Assembly: GCF_009834535.1 (NCBI RefSeq)
Contig: NC_045697.1
Location: forward strand, 2,358,001-2,422,000
Source of the DNA: Camelus ferus
Taxonomy: Eukaryota
Reading direction: 5' to 3'
DNA: 64,000 nt
Made by a program: the position numbers and the translations under genes. Of this stretch, positions 1 to 11,978 are shown piece by piece; position 1 is the stretch's first letter; each line of letters starts with the position of its first letter. Below the pieces are notes generated by a model that saw only the letters and a list, made by a program, of their open reading frames with translations, had not been told where the DNA came from and searched no databases.

Positions 1-3000
1 AGCCAGGTCCTGATGTCATCATGTGACCTCAGGCAAGCTTGTCCCTCCCTGGGCCTCAGACCCCCATCTTCTCCCTGTCAGTCGAGAAGGAGGGTCTCTA
101 GGAGTGGTCTATGCTCACATCTGCAAGGGAGCCTTGTGTGCAGGGCTTGTGTGCTGGCCCCCCAGGCGCCACCTCCACCCGCTCCCCAGACCACCCAGTA
201 AGGGGCCCTGGGGGTCTAGCAGCAGGGCGGGTGCTGGCCGTGCTTGCCCTCAGCCCCCCTGCAGCACAACTGGGGGTTGTCCCCGTCGTCCCAGAGGATG
301 GCTGGGGAGCAAGCCACCAGAGACCCCCAAGTTAGTCGGGGGTCTCTCAGCTGGTGTCTGGGACCTCCCCTCTCCCACATTTGTACTTTTCACCACGTAG
401 TTGGAGTCCAGATGCTTCCAGAACACCATGGATTTTCAGTTCATTTGCAATCTAAGGACAGTGATTGAGGATGATCTGACATCCGTCGCAAGAGCCTTGT
501 CCCTGCCCACCCAGGTCATGGCCCGGGAGGACTTCTGCCGCGGTCGCGGCCACAAGTGCACAGGGTGGAGTGCAGGTGATTTTTTATGTTCGTTGCCTCT
601 TCTTCTGTTTTCCCAAGTCTCTGCAGTGGGATTTGTAATCAGAAAAGGAAGGAGCCAGATGTGGCATTCTGCCTGCTGGAGGTCCCGTGGAGGCTGACAG
701 AGACCAACGCACATTTCTGGCAGCCCCGAGCACAGTTACCAATGACCCAGGGCTCCACTCGCTGGCCAGTGGTCCCAGGGCGAGCCCTCTGTGTGGCACT
801 GACCCCCAGCCCAGGAGGAGCAGCCTCTCCCCTCCTCCCGCCCCGGCTCCAGCTCCCTGCCCTGTGGCTGGTCAGCAAGTGGCTGGAGCACCCCTGCCCG
901 CTGCCTCCTGCACCAGCCACAGCCAGAGAGCCCGTTCAGGGCTGCGGTGGGAACACCTGCACTCAGCTGACAATTACCTGGTGGATGCTGCCTGTCGAGC
1001 CCCCCCCCCCCCCCGCCCAGGGTAGGGGGAAGTCACAGCCCCTTGCCCTCCAAAGAGTCTGTGGCACAAATCTGGTCATCCCCCTGGTGGTACAGCCACG
1101 GTGCCCGGGACACCTGCAGCGCACGCTGGCCTGGGGCCCCTCCCTAGCTTCGCTCGTCTCCTGGGCCCCTGGCCCACGCTGCGCAGCAGACCACAGCATC
1201 CTGCCTCTGGCCTAGCCCAGGCGTGATGGCCAGCCTCTCACAGGGTCCCCTTGCTCCCCAGAAGAGGGCCCGGGAGCTCTCTGGGGCCTCACAATGGCCA
1301 GACTTCAAGGTCAGAGTCAGCAGTGCCCTTGGAAGTTGCCCCCCTCACTCTCCCTGCCTCTGCCCCAGCGTTGGCCCCTGGTTAGGGCCTCACCTGGTAT
1401 TCCTGCCCCCAGGCCGGGGGTGGGACCTCACGAAAACACGGGAAAAGTTTTGTGACTCTCCCCTGAAAAAACTCCCGCCCTGGGCGGAAGCTCCTCCCTC
1501 CGCTGCTCGAGGACTTGACCGGCTCCTCTGCCTTTCTCCTTGCACGGGGATGCTTCACTGGGCCCTCGGTTCGTGCCTCCGAGGCAGGCAAGGCCAGCGT
1601 CATCGCGCCCACGGCGGAGGTTAATAGACTCTCTTCTTGACACCCATTCGCCCATCCGTCTATTCATGCGCTCACCAGCGTGTGATCACGGCCACTCGCT
1701 AGCGTTTCCTGCTACCCCTCTGTGTCAGAGACTGATGAATAAAGCATGGCTCTGCTCCCTCCTGAGGCCATGGAACCATCTGTGGCTCCCAGTGCTTTGA
1801 CACCTCCCTTTCTGCTGCCGTCAGTTCCAGAGAAAGCTTGCTGTTGGCTGGTTGACCCCATCCCTCGTGTTTCAGTAGCTATTTAACCTGATCTAAAGCT
1901 TTGGCTTTGGTGAAATTGATTTCAGAAGAGAAGGAAATAGTACTCCGGTGAAGCCAGTGAGAGCTGATCATCCAATTTCCACGAGGTCTCGGAGGTGCAG
2001 GCGCCAGCAACTGTTTGGACTGAACTCCCATCCGTGTGGCTCGAGGTTTAGCGTCGACCCTGGGCCCCCAGCCGCTCCCGGCCGCCGCAGGACAGGGTGT
2101 CGGGGAGGCCTGGGCAGGCCAACGGATACCTGAAGCTCTGCCATTCCTGCATGCACAGTCTTTCACTTCCAGTGCGGCCAAGCCCGCAGGCTCTCGCTGT
2201 GTCTCTCCTTATGAGGCCAGAAGCTCAATCACTGATGCCCTAAGATACAGCTCCCACTGGGCCTGGCCCCCAGGGAGCTCAGGGGCCAAAGGAGGCCTCA
2301 TCTCAGCCCCAAGGCCATGCGCTCTCCCTCTGCTCCCACCCTGCTTCCTTTCACGCCGCCTCCTGCCAAACCCACCTCCAAGTCAGATGCTGTGACCCAC
2401 CCTCTGGCCGTGTGGTCCCCAAAGGCCAGCATGCACACAGGCCCTCCTGCCACCAAGAGAAAGATTGGGGAGGTCAGGGGCCCTAGTTCTTGTGGGTCTT
2501 CAGCCCTGCCCTTACCCTGTGCTCCATGACCCCGGGGTGGTCCTGGGCACTGGGCTGTTCCTGCTCCCCCTCGTCCCTGAGGGGTGCTCATGCATCCTCT
2601 GCCCAGGTGCTCCAGCACGCTGGGACTTGACGGAACCACCCAAACCCCTCGTCGGTCCTCTATCTTGGCTTCTTGGGGTTCGGAATACAGTCAGTCAGCT
2701 TTACATTTCCATCTGCACTGATGCTGGAGAGATGGACGTGAGAGGGATTTAGAAAGCATGGTGCCAGGTGCGGGGTTAACGTCAGGGAGGCTTCCGCTGT
2801 GAGCCTCAAAGTGCTCTAGGAAACTGACGTCCGTCCACGGCCACGTCAGTGCACGACCAGCACCAGCCTCAGCCCCGCGGCGCCTCTCCCCTTCACCAGG
2901 GCATTTCCTCCCACAGCCACGCAGCAGAGGGAGTGTCACATGCTTCAGGCCACAGCCCGCCTGAGGCAGAACCCCGGGGCCGCACCTAGCCCCCTGCACC

Positions 3001-4399
3001 GAGGGCGTCCGTAGTGCAGCGCCCGGGGCAGGGGCACGGGGTGAGGGCTGAGGCCCCAGGTCCCAGAGACACGACTCTTGGGGTCCCACCGTCCCTTCAC
3101 CTACAGGAAAGGGAGCCCTGGGGACGGCCGGCTGCCTGTGGCGTTGGGAGCGGGGTAGGGCCTGGCCCTCCCCCTGCGGGCTCTTCCCAGGCGGCTGCAG
3201 GCGGTCCTGATCTCAGGGAGAAAGTGGGCTCACGGCCACGAGGTCACCAGCCCCCATCTGGAGGCTCCCAGTGCCTCCTCCGCCCACAGGGCCAGGTTCA
3301 AGAGTCAGGTTTCCACCCTTTGCTTTGGGGGAACGAGGCAATTACAGCTAAGAAATCAAATCCTCGTGTGGAGCTGCTTTCCCCACGCCTGGCTCCTGGC
3401 CCTGGCCGGCCTCCGTTGCAGCGGGGCCGGGGCGCCTGGCCTGTCCCTGGCCCCTCCTGGCCCCAACAGGGATGGGGCAAGGGGCTTTGGAGAACCAGGA
3501 GGTCAGCAGAGCAGCCCCCACGAGCAGCGAGTTCTCCGTTCGGAGGTGGATGACCCAACCAGGCGCCAGCTCCCCGCGCGGGCACAGCCCCCGGCTTGCC
3601 GCTCCCTCAGGAGCGCTCCGGCAGGGTGGCCGCGGGCCCCGGCCTGCGAGCTGGCTCTGGGTCCTCCGGGCAGTCGTCGGCACTGAGCTGTGTCCTGGGA
3701 TTCGCGGTCCCACGTCCCCTCCCCGTGACTCTCTGCTGGACAGTAAGCTCCCCGTGAGAGGGACAGGCCCTGGATCCTGCCCGCACCCCTTCCTGGATCC
3801 CGTGTGTTTGCGGGAACAGCGCTCAGGACGGGCCTCTGGTATCGGATGAGGGGACGCCCTGGGTTCCTGCAAACAGCCATGTGCAGGAAGGGGCCCGCCC
3901 GCCCCTTGCCGAGCTGGACTAGCCTCACACAGGGGCTCGGACCAAACACCTCCTTGCGCAGCCCCGGCCCAGCGCGAAGGGCCTCTGCAGCTGGGTGGGC
4001 AGGCGGGGCCCGGAGCTGCTGGGGGGCCCGGCGCCCCCAGCACCGCAGGAGAGCAGCTGTCGCTTCCACGGACGCTTTGCCGGCGCTTCTCCCAGCGTCA
4101 GTGCGCTGTGTTCGCCACCCAGCCTCCTCCCTGGGCTTGCTGCGGACAGAGGGGCGGCCGCACGGAACCTAGACAGAGGCTGGACTGCCCGCCTCCGGCC
4201 TGACGGGCGGGCGCAAGCTAGAGGGGGGCTGCGGTGACCCACCCTCCGAGCTGGTGCAGCAGCAGAGGGCGGGGCGAGGGGGGGCTGCCTGCTGGGAGGG
4301 GCGGCCACGCCTGGTCTGAGGGAGACGGGGTCCTCTCCAAAGGGCATCCCTGGGCCTGAGTGTGCAACTGCCAGTTTACACAGCACAGTAGACAGTGTG

Positions 4400-4620
4400 A
4401 CCCAGGAAGCAGACTGTCAGTAAAAAGGATAAAAGTCAGCTCTGATGCTTCCTCGCTGTGTGTCTCCAGGCAACTTTCTGAACCTCTCTGGGCTTCTGCT
4501 CCTCATCTGTGGAATCGAGATGATCATAGTATCTACCCCAGAGGGTTGGTTTGAAGACCAAATGAGTTACTGGATGTACACTACAGCCCCTGGTTTAGAA
4601 TAAACTCTCAGTAGATATTA
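4400..4620 (+). mobile_element. MIR SINE relic
   Basis: ctgtgtgtctccaggcaactttctgaacctctctgggcttctgctcctcatctgtggaatcgagatgatcatagtatctacc resembles the MIR core. Confidence 0.7.
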
Positions 4621-6914
4621 ACTGAATGAGACATTTGCCGCTTTTGGGTGGGGAGGCTTACAAAGTACCCTCATGGTGCATGCACAGTGCACAGTAGGTG
4701 CACAGTGTTTGTTCAGGGAAGGAGGACTTCTGCCCTCCTGGGGGGACACTTGCACTTTTGAGGAACACCTGCCCTCTTTGGGGACACCTGACCTCCTGGC
4801 TGTCACCTGCCCTCCTGAGATGGTCCCTTGGTAGGGTCTCTGGGCAGCAATGATGTTAAACACTGGTGGCAGGGTGTAGATTAAAGAAAATAAAGACAAT
4901 CACAGTTTTAAAAGTAAGATGCTTGTTCTTTCTAAAAGCTCCAGAAGTGTGACTCTGGGGAGGAAACTCAGCAGTTCAAGCATTTCGTGTGCCTCTGGAG
5001 CCACCTTGCCAAGTAATGAAAACCAGGAGCCTGGGGCCGAGGACTGTCACCGGGACAGGCTGGGAGGGAGGTGGCGGGCCAGTTCTCCAGCCCTCGATCG
5101 GAGCACAGCGACTTGCTCTAACCAGCACTTGGTGTCTTCAGGACACCTCGCAAGTCTCGTCACCCCATATCCAGATGAAAACCAGCCCCCTTCTCAGCCT
5201 CACAGGCGGATGTCAGGGACAAACCCACAGGTAGAGACGCCAGCGGAGAGAACCATCTGCGCTCAAATCCGGCCCTGCCTGCAAGGCGAGTTCCTCACCT
5301 GTCCAATCTGTGAAGTAAGGCGGAGAGGGGGCCGTGGGCATCCTGAGGGGCTTCAGGAATCAGCTAAGATGAAGTGTGTGAGGCACTGGCCGCGGAGCAA
5401 GTGCCCCGCGAGCCAGGTGTCCTCCATCCTCGCCCACAGCCACACTGGAGGTCTCCTGTGGGAGGTCACTCCAGTTCCCACGGTGCAGACCCTCAAATGG
5501 CCACGGGTGGCCACGGGTGACCACGCCATCATTTATCTGTCCTATGCAGGCAGGTGCCTGAAGACTGGATGGTCACAGCCCGGGCACGAGGGGCTCTTGT
5601 GAAAGATGGGGAGGACGTGTGGTCCCCCCAAGAAGGGGTGTCCCTGAGTCTGAGTCCACCGCAACCTCTCAGCTACGGATGCTGAGACCAAACACAGACT
5701 GAGATGTCATGAGCTCGGGTCACTGAGGATCCGGGGACAGGACAGACCCAGGTACAGCTGGAGCCCGGGTGCAGCTGGGCCAGCCTCTCTGCCCCAGTGC
5801 AGGCTGCTGTCCACTAAGGGCACATGTGGCGGTCACCACGTCACCCGCAGCTCAGCAGCCCTGTGGCTCTGGAGAGATGCCCGTGGGGAGATCCTGATGA
5901 GCTCTATTAGGGCCAGTCACCCTGGGGGTTGGGGCAGGCAGGCGAGGGGGGGGGGGGAAGCCCACACCAGCAGGTGATGAAGAGGGTGAAACTGCAGGTG
6001 TCTTCAGGGAGTCAAAGAAAATGAACCATGGACAGTGAGGCACCGGGGCTGGCAGGCAGCAAGCCAGGCGATAAAGCCCAATGTCTCACCTCATCCTGTG
6101 CTCTCCGAGGGCCTTCCTATCAGCCAAACACAAAGAGAAGCTGGAGGCAAGAGGCCCCTCAAAGTGGACACACAGGTCAGAGGGCAGGGATGGGAGGGAG
6201 ATGGGGAGGGCTGGGCGGAGAACGGAGCCCTGCTGCCCAGCCCTCAGCAGGCTGCTGACCGAGAACTGGGCACAGTCTGTGTGAAAGAAGCCATAAAACC
6301 CTCCTGCAAGACACAAAAAAGACCCAAAATAGAAAGTCAGGGCGTTCCAACATCATCAAGATGTCAGTTCTCCCTGGTTTGGGGCATAAATTTGATGTGA
6401 TCCTAATAAAAATTCCAACGAGCTTTTTTTCCACGAAGCTAAGGCTTGATAGAAAGCTCCTGTAGAAAAATAAACAGGCAAGGACAGCTAAGCGCGCAGC
6501 GAGGAGCCGGGGCGGCGGGGCCGCACAGACGCCTCCTGAAGACGGTGCCGTGATGGCCCAGGCACAGACCCACGCGCCCCTGGGCCACGGGGCCGGGGAC
6601 GGGGCCGACCCGCCGCAGGGGAGTCCGGCGTGTGATGAAGGATGTGTTTCAGTTCCCCACAGCGATCACGATCCGCCAGGCAAAGCGGTGCTGGGACAAG
6701 TAGACAATCGTTTGGCAGAAGATAAAATGACATCCATTCCTCACACCAGGAGCAAGAAGAACTCAGGAGCAGAGATCAAAGCGTACGCGGCTTGAATATA
6801 CAAATACCAGGAGCAAACGCGGGCGAAGCCTTCTGCAAGCAGAGTGTAGAGAGGCTGCCTAGCTGTGACTGAAACCCAGCTCCAACAAAGAAAATAGCGA
6901 TAGATTTGTCTGCC

Positions 6915-6943
<29 letters not shown>
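6915..6943 (+). repeat. Poly(A) tract, 29 nt
   Basis: Uninterrupted A run inside the L1 relic. Confidence 0.95.
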
Positions 6944-6947
<4 letters not shown>

Positions 6948-6986
6948 CATGAAAAAAATAAGCAAAATAAAAGACAAGCTAGGAGA

Positions 6987-7420
6987 CACTTGCACAGTGT
7001 GGCGGGACCTGGAGAGTGGCATTAAGTGAGCTCAGTCCAAAGAGAAGGAAGCTACCCTAGGAGACCGTTTGCCCATGGGATCTTCAAAAAAAAGAAGACA
7101 CAAATGAACTTATTTACAAAACAGAAACAGACTCACAGACTTAGAAAACAAACTTAAGGTTCCTGGGGGCGCTGTGGGTGGGGAGGGATAAATTGGGAGA
7201 TAGAGATTTGCAGACACTAACTACTGTATATAAAACAGATGAACAGCAGGGTTCTCTGTACAGCACAGGGAACTCTGTTCAGTAGCTGCAGTGACCTATA
7301 ACGAAACAGAATGTGAGAACAAATGTACGTGTGTACAGGTACGATTGAAACATCACATTGTACACCAGAAGGTGACACAACATTTTAAACTGACTAACGT
7401 CAATTAAAAAAAAAAAAGAA
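6987..7420 (+). mobile_element. 5'-truncated younger L1 3' end/3'UTR (cetartiodactyl/camelid type) with A-tail
   Basis: gacacaaatgaacttatttacaaaacagaaacagactcacagac...gggagggataaattgggag...tgtacagcacagggaact...tgtacaccagaa...caattaaaaaaaa. Flanked by AGGAGA at 6981-6986 and 7421-7426. Confidence 0.8.
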
Positions 7421-8181
7421 AGGAGAAAATATTTGGAACTTAATTCATAGGTAAAAGATGAATGTCTCTGGTGTATAAAAAACTTTTAAAAGTTGAGAAA
7501 CAAAAGCACAAAAATCATAGAGACAAAGGGGCAAACTGGAAGAAAGATAGCCCCCCCAGGCGATGTGAAAATGGCCCTCTCATGAAGAGAGACGCAAACG
7601 GAAGCCAGGCTGAGGTAGCACTGCTCCCCCGTTAGGCGGGCGGAAGCTCGCAAGTTTGACACCACGCCCTGCTGGTGAGCTGTGGGGAGGCAGGCAGGCT
7701 CGGACACTGCCAGCCGGACGCAGGCGGGTGCCCCCTGATGGGTGGACCGCGTCTGACAAATCCACGTGCGGTTTGTCCTCCGACCCGGCAGCCCCACTTC
7801 TGGGCACTCACCCCGAAGCTATGTCCCCAACAACACAACATACAGAGGCGCACAGGTGTTCATCACAGCCATGTTTGTAATTACAAAACGGTGGAGGTTA
7901 CAGGAACCCAAGGAGGGCGCTGCGGCCTGGAGGAGGGCGGTGTCCCAGAAGCGCCGTGGGGTGATTTCCAGGGGGGATTACGAAGCAAAAAAATCTGAGT
8001 GCGAAGCAGCCCAAAAGCGTGCTCCCTTGTGCTCAACAAAGAAAGGGAACAGGAAACTGCACACACGACTGCCTGTCTTTATAGGAAGACGCTCGGGGCA
8101 AGCAAGCAAGGAGCAGATGAGATCCGTCCCCTGCCAGGTTGCCGGTGGGGTGTGGCGCTCCTCTGATGACACCTGTGCAGC

Positions 8182-8337
8182 TTTTAAAATTTAATTTTTA
8201 TTTTTTTAGTTTAGTTTTTTTTGGGGGGGGTAATTGGGTTTATTTATTTAATTATTTTTTAATAGAGGTCCCCAGGGTTGAACCCAGGCCCTCATGCGTG
8301 CTGAGCACGCGCTCTGTCACTTGCGCTGTACCCTCTC
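8182..8337 (-). mobile_element. tRNA-derived SINE (camelid Vic-1-like)
   Basis: The reverse complement reads gagagggtacagcgcaagtgacagagcgcgtgctcagcacgcatgagggcctgggttcaaccc...aaataaataaacccaattacccccccc plus an A-rich tail. TSD CTGTGCAG at 8173-8180 and 8339-8346. Confidence 0.85.
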
Positions 8338-8379
8338 GCTGTGCAGTTTGCCTGTGGAAGCAGGTGAATGTTCTACACA

Positions 8380-10230
8380 TTAACTCAACTTTATTCAATG
8401 AGCGAGGATGAGAAAGGGGAAGATAAACTTAAAAGGAAACTGGAAAAAACCAAACTCAGTTGTATCCCGTATAAAGGACACAGGCACGTGAGACACCAGA
8501 AGGGAAATAAAGACAAACCCAAGGTTTTGGGCCGAGGGCTGGTCTGGGCGCCCTGCACCGGGGGCGGGTCCGGGGGCGGGGTGGGGCAGGCAGCGGGGCC
8601 TCGAAGTGGACCACGTCTGGGGGAGGGCACGTCCCTCGGCGTCACTGTAGCTGGAAGAAGGGAGACAGGACCCCGGGACGGGAGGGAGAAGCAGGAGCTC
8701 CTCGCGGGGAGGGAGCGAGTCTGCGTTCTCAGTGTGACGTCACCGTCTCTGCACGTGCCCGTGGAGCGTGTTTGCACGCACGTGTGCCTGCCTGTCTGCA
8801 GACCACATGTACGCACGGTTCCTGGGTCTGCTGCTGCTAGGTCTGAGAGCCTGTGTTGATGACCCCTGGCACCCGGACCCTGGTTTCGAAGACATCGCCC
8901 CCAGAAAGGAACCAGGCTTCTCGGAGAAATGGCTGCGTTTAGGTCTGGTGCAGGAAAGCACTACATAGCCCGGAACATCCTGTTATGCCAGAAAGTAAGG
9001 AAGTGCGGGGAAAAGGTGGCATGTCACCCAGACCCAGGAGCCGGCTTGACAGGGTGCTCAGTGGCCAGGGTCTGGAGTGATCTGAGCATCAAAATAAGGA
9101 TCCCAGTGGATGACAGATGCTCATACTGATGATAGAAACATACCTACCTACCTACCTACGCACGTACACAATACACAGGCAGACAGGGACGCGGGTAGCT
9201 GCAGAGATCCATCCGTCCGTCCCTACAAACCCGCGTGCACACACGGCAGGCAGCGGGACAGGTGAGTGGGTAGGTAGACGGGTGGGTGACAGACAGACAA
9301 GACAGAAGAGCTGTCGCTTTACTAGGATACTGGATGCCAAGTGGTAAATGTGCACGCAGCGCTGGGATGGAAAATCAACATTTGGCAACTTCAGATTGGA
9401 TCAGCAAGTCATTAATGCAGGCAACATCCAGGGGGAGGTCTTGATGAAAAGCAGACTGTTTCCATGGTCTTAAACTGTCTCCTTCCCAGGCTGCTTATGA
9501 GTTGCAAGGAAATACAGAGCATTCCTGCAGCGGGCAGAGCTCACAGCTCCTCAACCAGCTCATCAAACACGCGTCGCCGGCGAGAGGCAGGTGGAGGCTG
9601 TGTGCTCCGGATACGGAGTTTGGGCAAGACACGTCTTCCGTGCGGCGCGGCAGCAGAGAACCTCATCAGGAGGAACCGGCAGGCAAACCCCGAGGAGCAC
9701 TGTTCTGTTAAAAAAAACCCAGCAACAGCGCAGTCTTCCGAAGCACCCGTGACGTGAGAGACAAAGACAGACCGCGGAAATGAACCAGACGAGAGGAGAC
9801 GAAAGCGAGAGACAGAAACCTCGATCTCTGATCCTAGAGTGATTCTAGCTGGAGAGAGAGGGCGAGAAAGGACGTTGTCAGGTCGATTGGCAAAATGGGA
9901 ATCTGATGGCAGATTAGAGAAAGGTGCCAGCGCCGCGGTGATCGTCTTGCCGGGTTACGTAAGAGAGCTGCTCTGCTGCTGCGGGCGGAGGGCCCCGACG
10001 CCGGCAGCCGGGCTCGGACGGCTGGGGGAGGCCACGCAGCCGCACGGGGAGCGAGAAGGAGGGGGGAGAGAAAGCGGGGGCAGGAAACAAAGGACAAAAC
10101 AAACAGGATACAGTGTTAGCCGCGATGGGCTCCAGGCAGACGGTGTGTGGTGTTTGTTGCACTACTTTTATTCTCCTAATTTTGCTGCAGTGTGAGCTTA
10201 TTTCCAAATAAAATTTAAATAATAATAATA
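8380..10230 (+). mobile_element. Old L1 (L1MC/L1MD-like) long 3'UTR relic
   Basis: Landmarks aggaaccaggcttctcggagaaatggctg, atgccagaaagtaaggaagtgc, gatctgagcatcaaaataa, ending in ttatttccaaataaaatttaaataataataa. Confidence 0.6.
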
Positions 10231-10644
10231 AAGCAACAACCTGCTCTCCACCTGTGTCAAGGTGAGGCGCCCGGATACCTGCCCGCGTGTAAATCTCTGC
10301 TGCCTGCAGCCAGGCGCACTGCTCCCCAGCAGCCCCTCTAGGAGCCCTTCAGACGAATGATGCCAGAACGCCCCGCCGTAATAAAAGCACGGCTCGTGCA
10401 GTAAAAACAGCAGTAATCAGCCGTAATGATAAATCCCAGTGTGTGCACAGTGCTTAGCAGTTTATGAAGCACTTACCAGACCCTGTGCATCTTCACAGCG
10501 GTTCTGAGATGCACTTATAATGGGTAAGATTTGTGTTATGTAAGTCACGCTTCAGTAAAGTTGTACATGTTTTAAAGGCGGGGCTCATAGCATTTGCTCT
10601 GCTGGGCTGTGGTGAGGGTGACGCGCCAGCTGTGGGGGTTCTAA

Positions 10645-10730
10645 AGCAGTTTCTCCAGCTGTGGTCCCTCAGTCCGGCTGGGATCTGCCAGGGCGCTTGT
10701 GAAATGCAGACTCCTGGGTGCCATCCCTGG
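10645..10730. mobile_element. MER5-like hAT-Charlie fragment
   Basis: cagtttctccagctgtggtccc...gcttgtgaaatgcagactcctggg resembles the MER5A end. Confidence 0.45.
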
Positions 10731-11139
10731 ATCTCGGGGTGGGGCTTCCCAGGGGATGTTGGTCCTAAGTGGAGTTGTGGGAAAGGCAGGCAGACTTGGG
10801 GTGCCCCTGCTTCCCCCCACAGGAGCCTGGCCAGTCCCCTGGATCAGAGCACAGCCTGGGAGCAGGGCCTGGGAGCACAGCCCGGGAGGAGGGCCACACG
10901 CCCTGCACTCCCTCCTGCGAGGGGCCGGGCACTGTGCACATAGGTCATTACCAGATTTCTCCACTGAGGATGTGTGGGCAGCCAGCTGGGACCCCTCACA
11001 CCCGCCTGCTCACTCACAGTGCCCAGCTGCGGGTCCCCCCTGCCAGGGCCCAGGACCCTGGTGTCCCTGGTGGAGGCTGGCTGTCAGAGAGGATGTTCAT
11101 GTCGGCCAGTTCTCACCTGAGATGCAGAAGGCCTTTCCC

Positions 11140-11240
11140 TTTAATTGTGATAAAGTACACATAAAATTTGTCATTTTAGCCATTCTTAAGTGTCCAGCCC
11201 CGTGGCCTTAAGTACCTTCACCTTGGTCGCGGCATCTCCA
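11140..11240 (-). mobile_element. L1MB-type 3' end fragment
   Basis: ttaattgtgataaagtacacataaaatttgtcattttagccattcttaagtgt matches the reverse complement of an L1MB terminus. Confidence 0.6.
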
Positions 11241-11930
11241 AGGCTCAGCCCCCTCCCCCATCTGTGGGGTTTGTTACAGCGGCCCCAGCAAGCCAACAGC
11301 GTTGCAGGAAGAGGCCCCTCTGCCCAGACGAGGGGGCGTGAGAGTGTGAAGCCGTCGGCGTGGCTGGGGAGCCGGAGACGCACAGGGACGAGGACGTGGG
11401 AGGGAGGCTCTGGCCGCACAGGGCCAGCGTGCCGGGGGCTCTGGTGCCTGGGACCGAGGCGGAACGAGGGTCACACAGCCGTTAGTGTCTCCCAGAGACA
11501 GTGGACCCAGCCTTTTGGAGAGAAAACCACGCCTCGGTTCTGAATTCTTCTGCAGCCTCCCTGCCTTTGAACCATCCCTCGAAAGGCGAGCTGAGAACTG
11601 AGACAGACAGGTGGTGCTTGAACCCCAGAGGCAGGGAGAGAAGGCACTGGCTGGTTTTGCCTGAGTTTTATCCAAAAAGTGTATGGACAGGAGAGTTCGC
11701 ACCCATCCCTCTAACCATGTGTCCATCCCGGGGGTTTGCTTTTGTCCCAAGCAACAATGCTGGGGGTGACAGCAGGAAGAGAGTGAATAAGGAGATGTGG
11801 GTGATTTCGTTCCTTCACTGAGGCTCAGAGCAGCTGCTGTGGGGTTGGGACCCGGCCGGGAAGAAAATAACCAGGAGCCACCCGCCTCCGGCACTGCGGG
11901 CACAGCTCCACGGGCGTGTGGAGAGATGCA

Positions 11931-11931
<1 letters not shown>

Positions 11932-11965
<34 letters not shown>

Positions 11966-11978
11966 GCGCGCGCACATG
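11932..11978. repeat. (CA)14 microsatellite running into a CG/CA alternating tract
   Basis: (CA)14 at 11933-11960, then cgcacgcgcgcgcacatg. Confidence 0.95.

Larger units (their letters stand above)
6270..8180 (+). mobile_element. Old L1 (L1M-type) ORF2 3' relic, interrupted by a younger L1 insertion
   Basis: L1 ORF2 landmarks in the expected order: aagatgtcagttctccc, ataaaaattccaac, ggtgctgggacaa, ggagaaaatatttg, aaatggcc, ttcatcacagccatgtttgtaat. Heavily diverged. Confidence 0.7.

Noticed and set aside
5498..5527. 10-bp tandem TGGCCACGGG repeat
   Set aside because: Short slippage repeat with no spacer structure and no evident function. No CRISPR-like array exists anywhere in this eukaryotic window.
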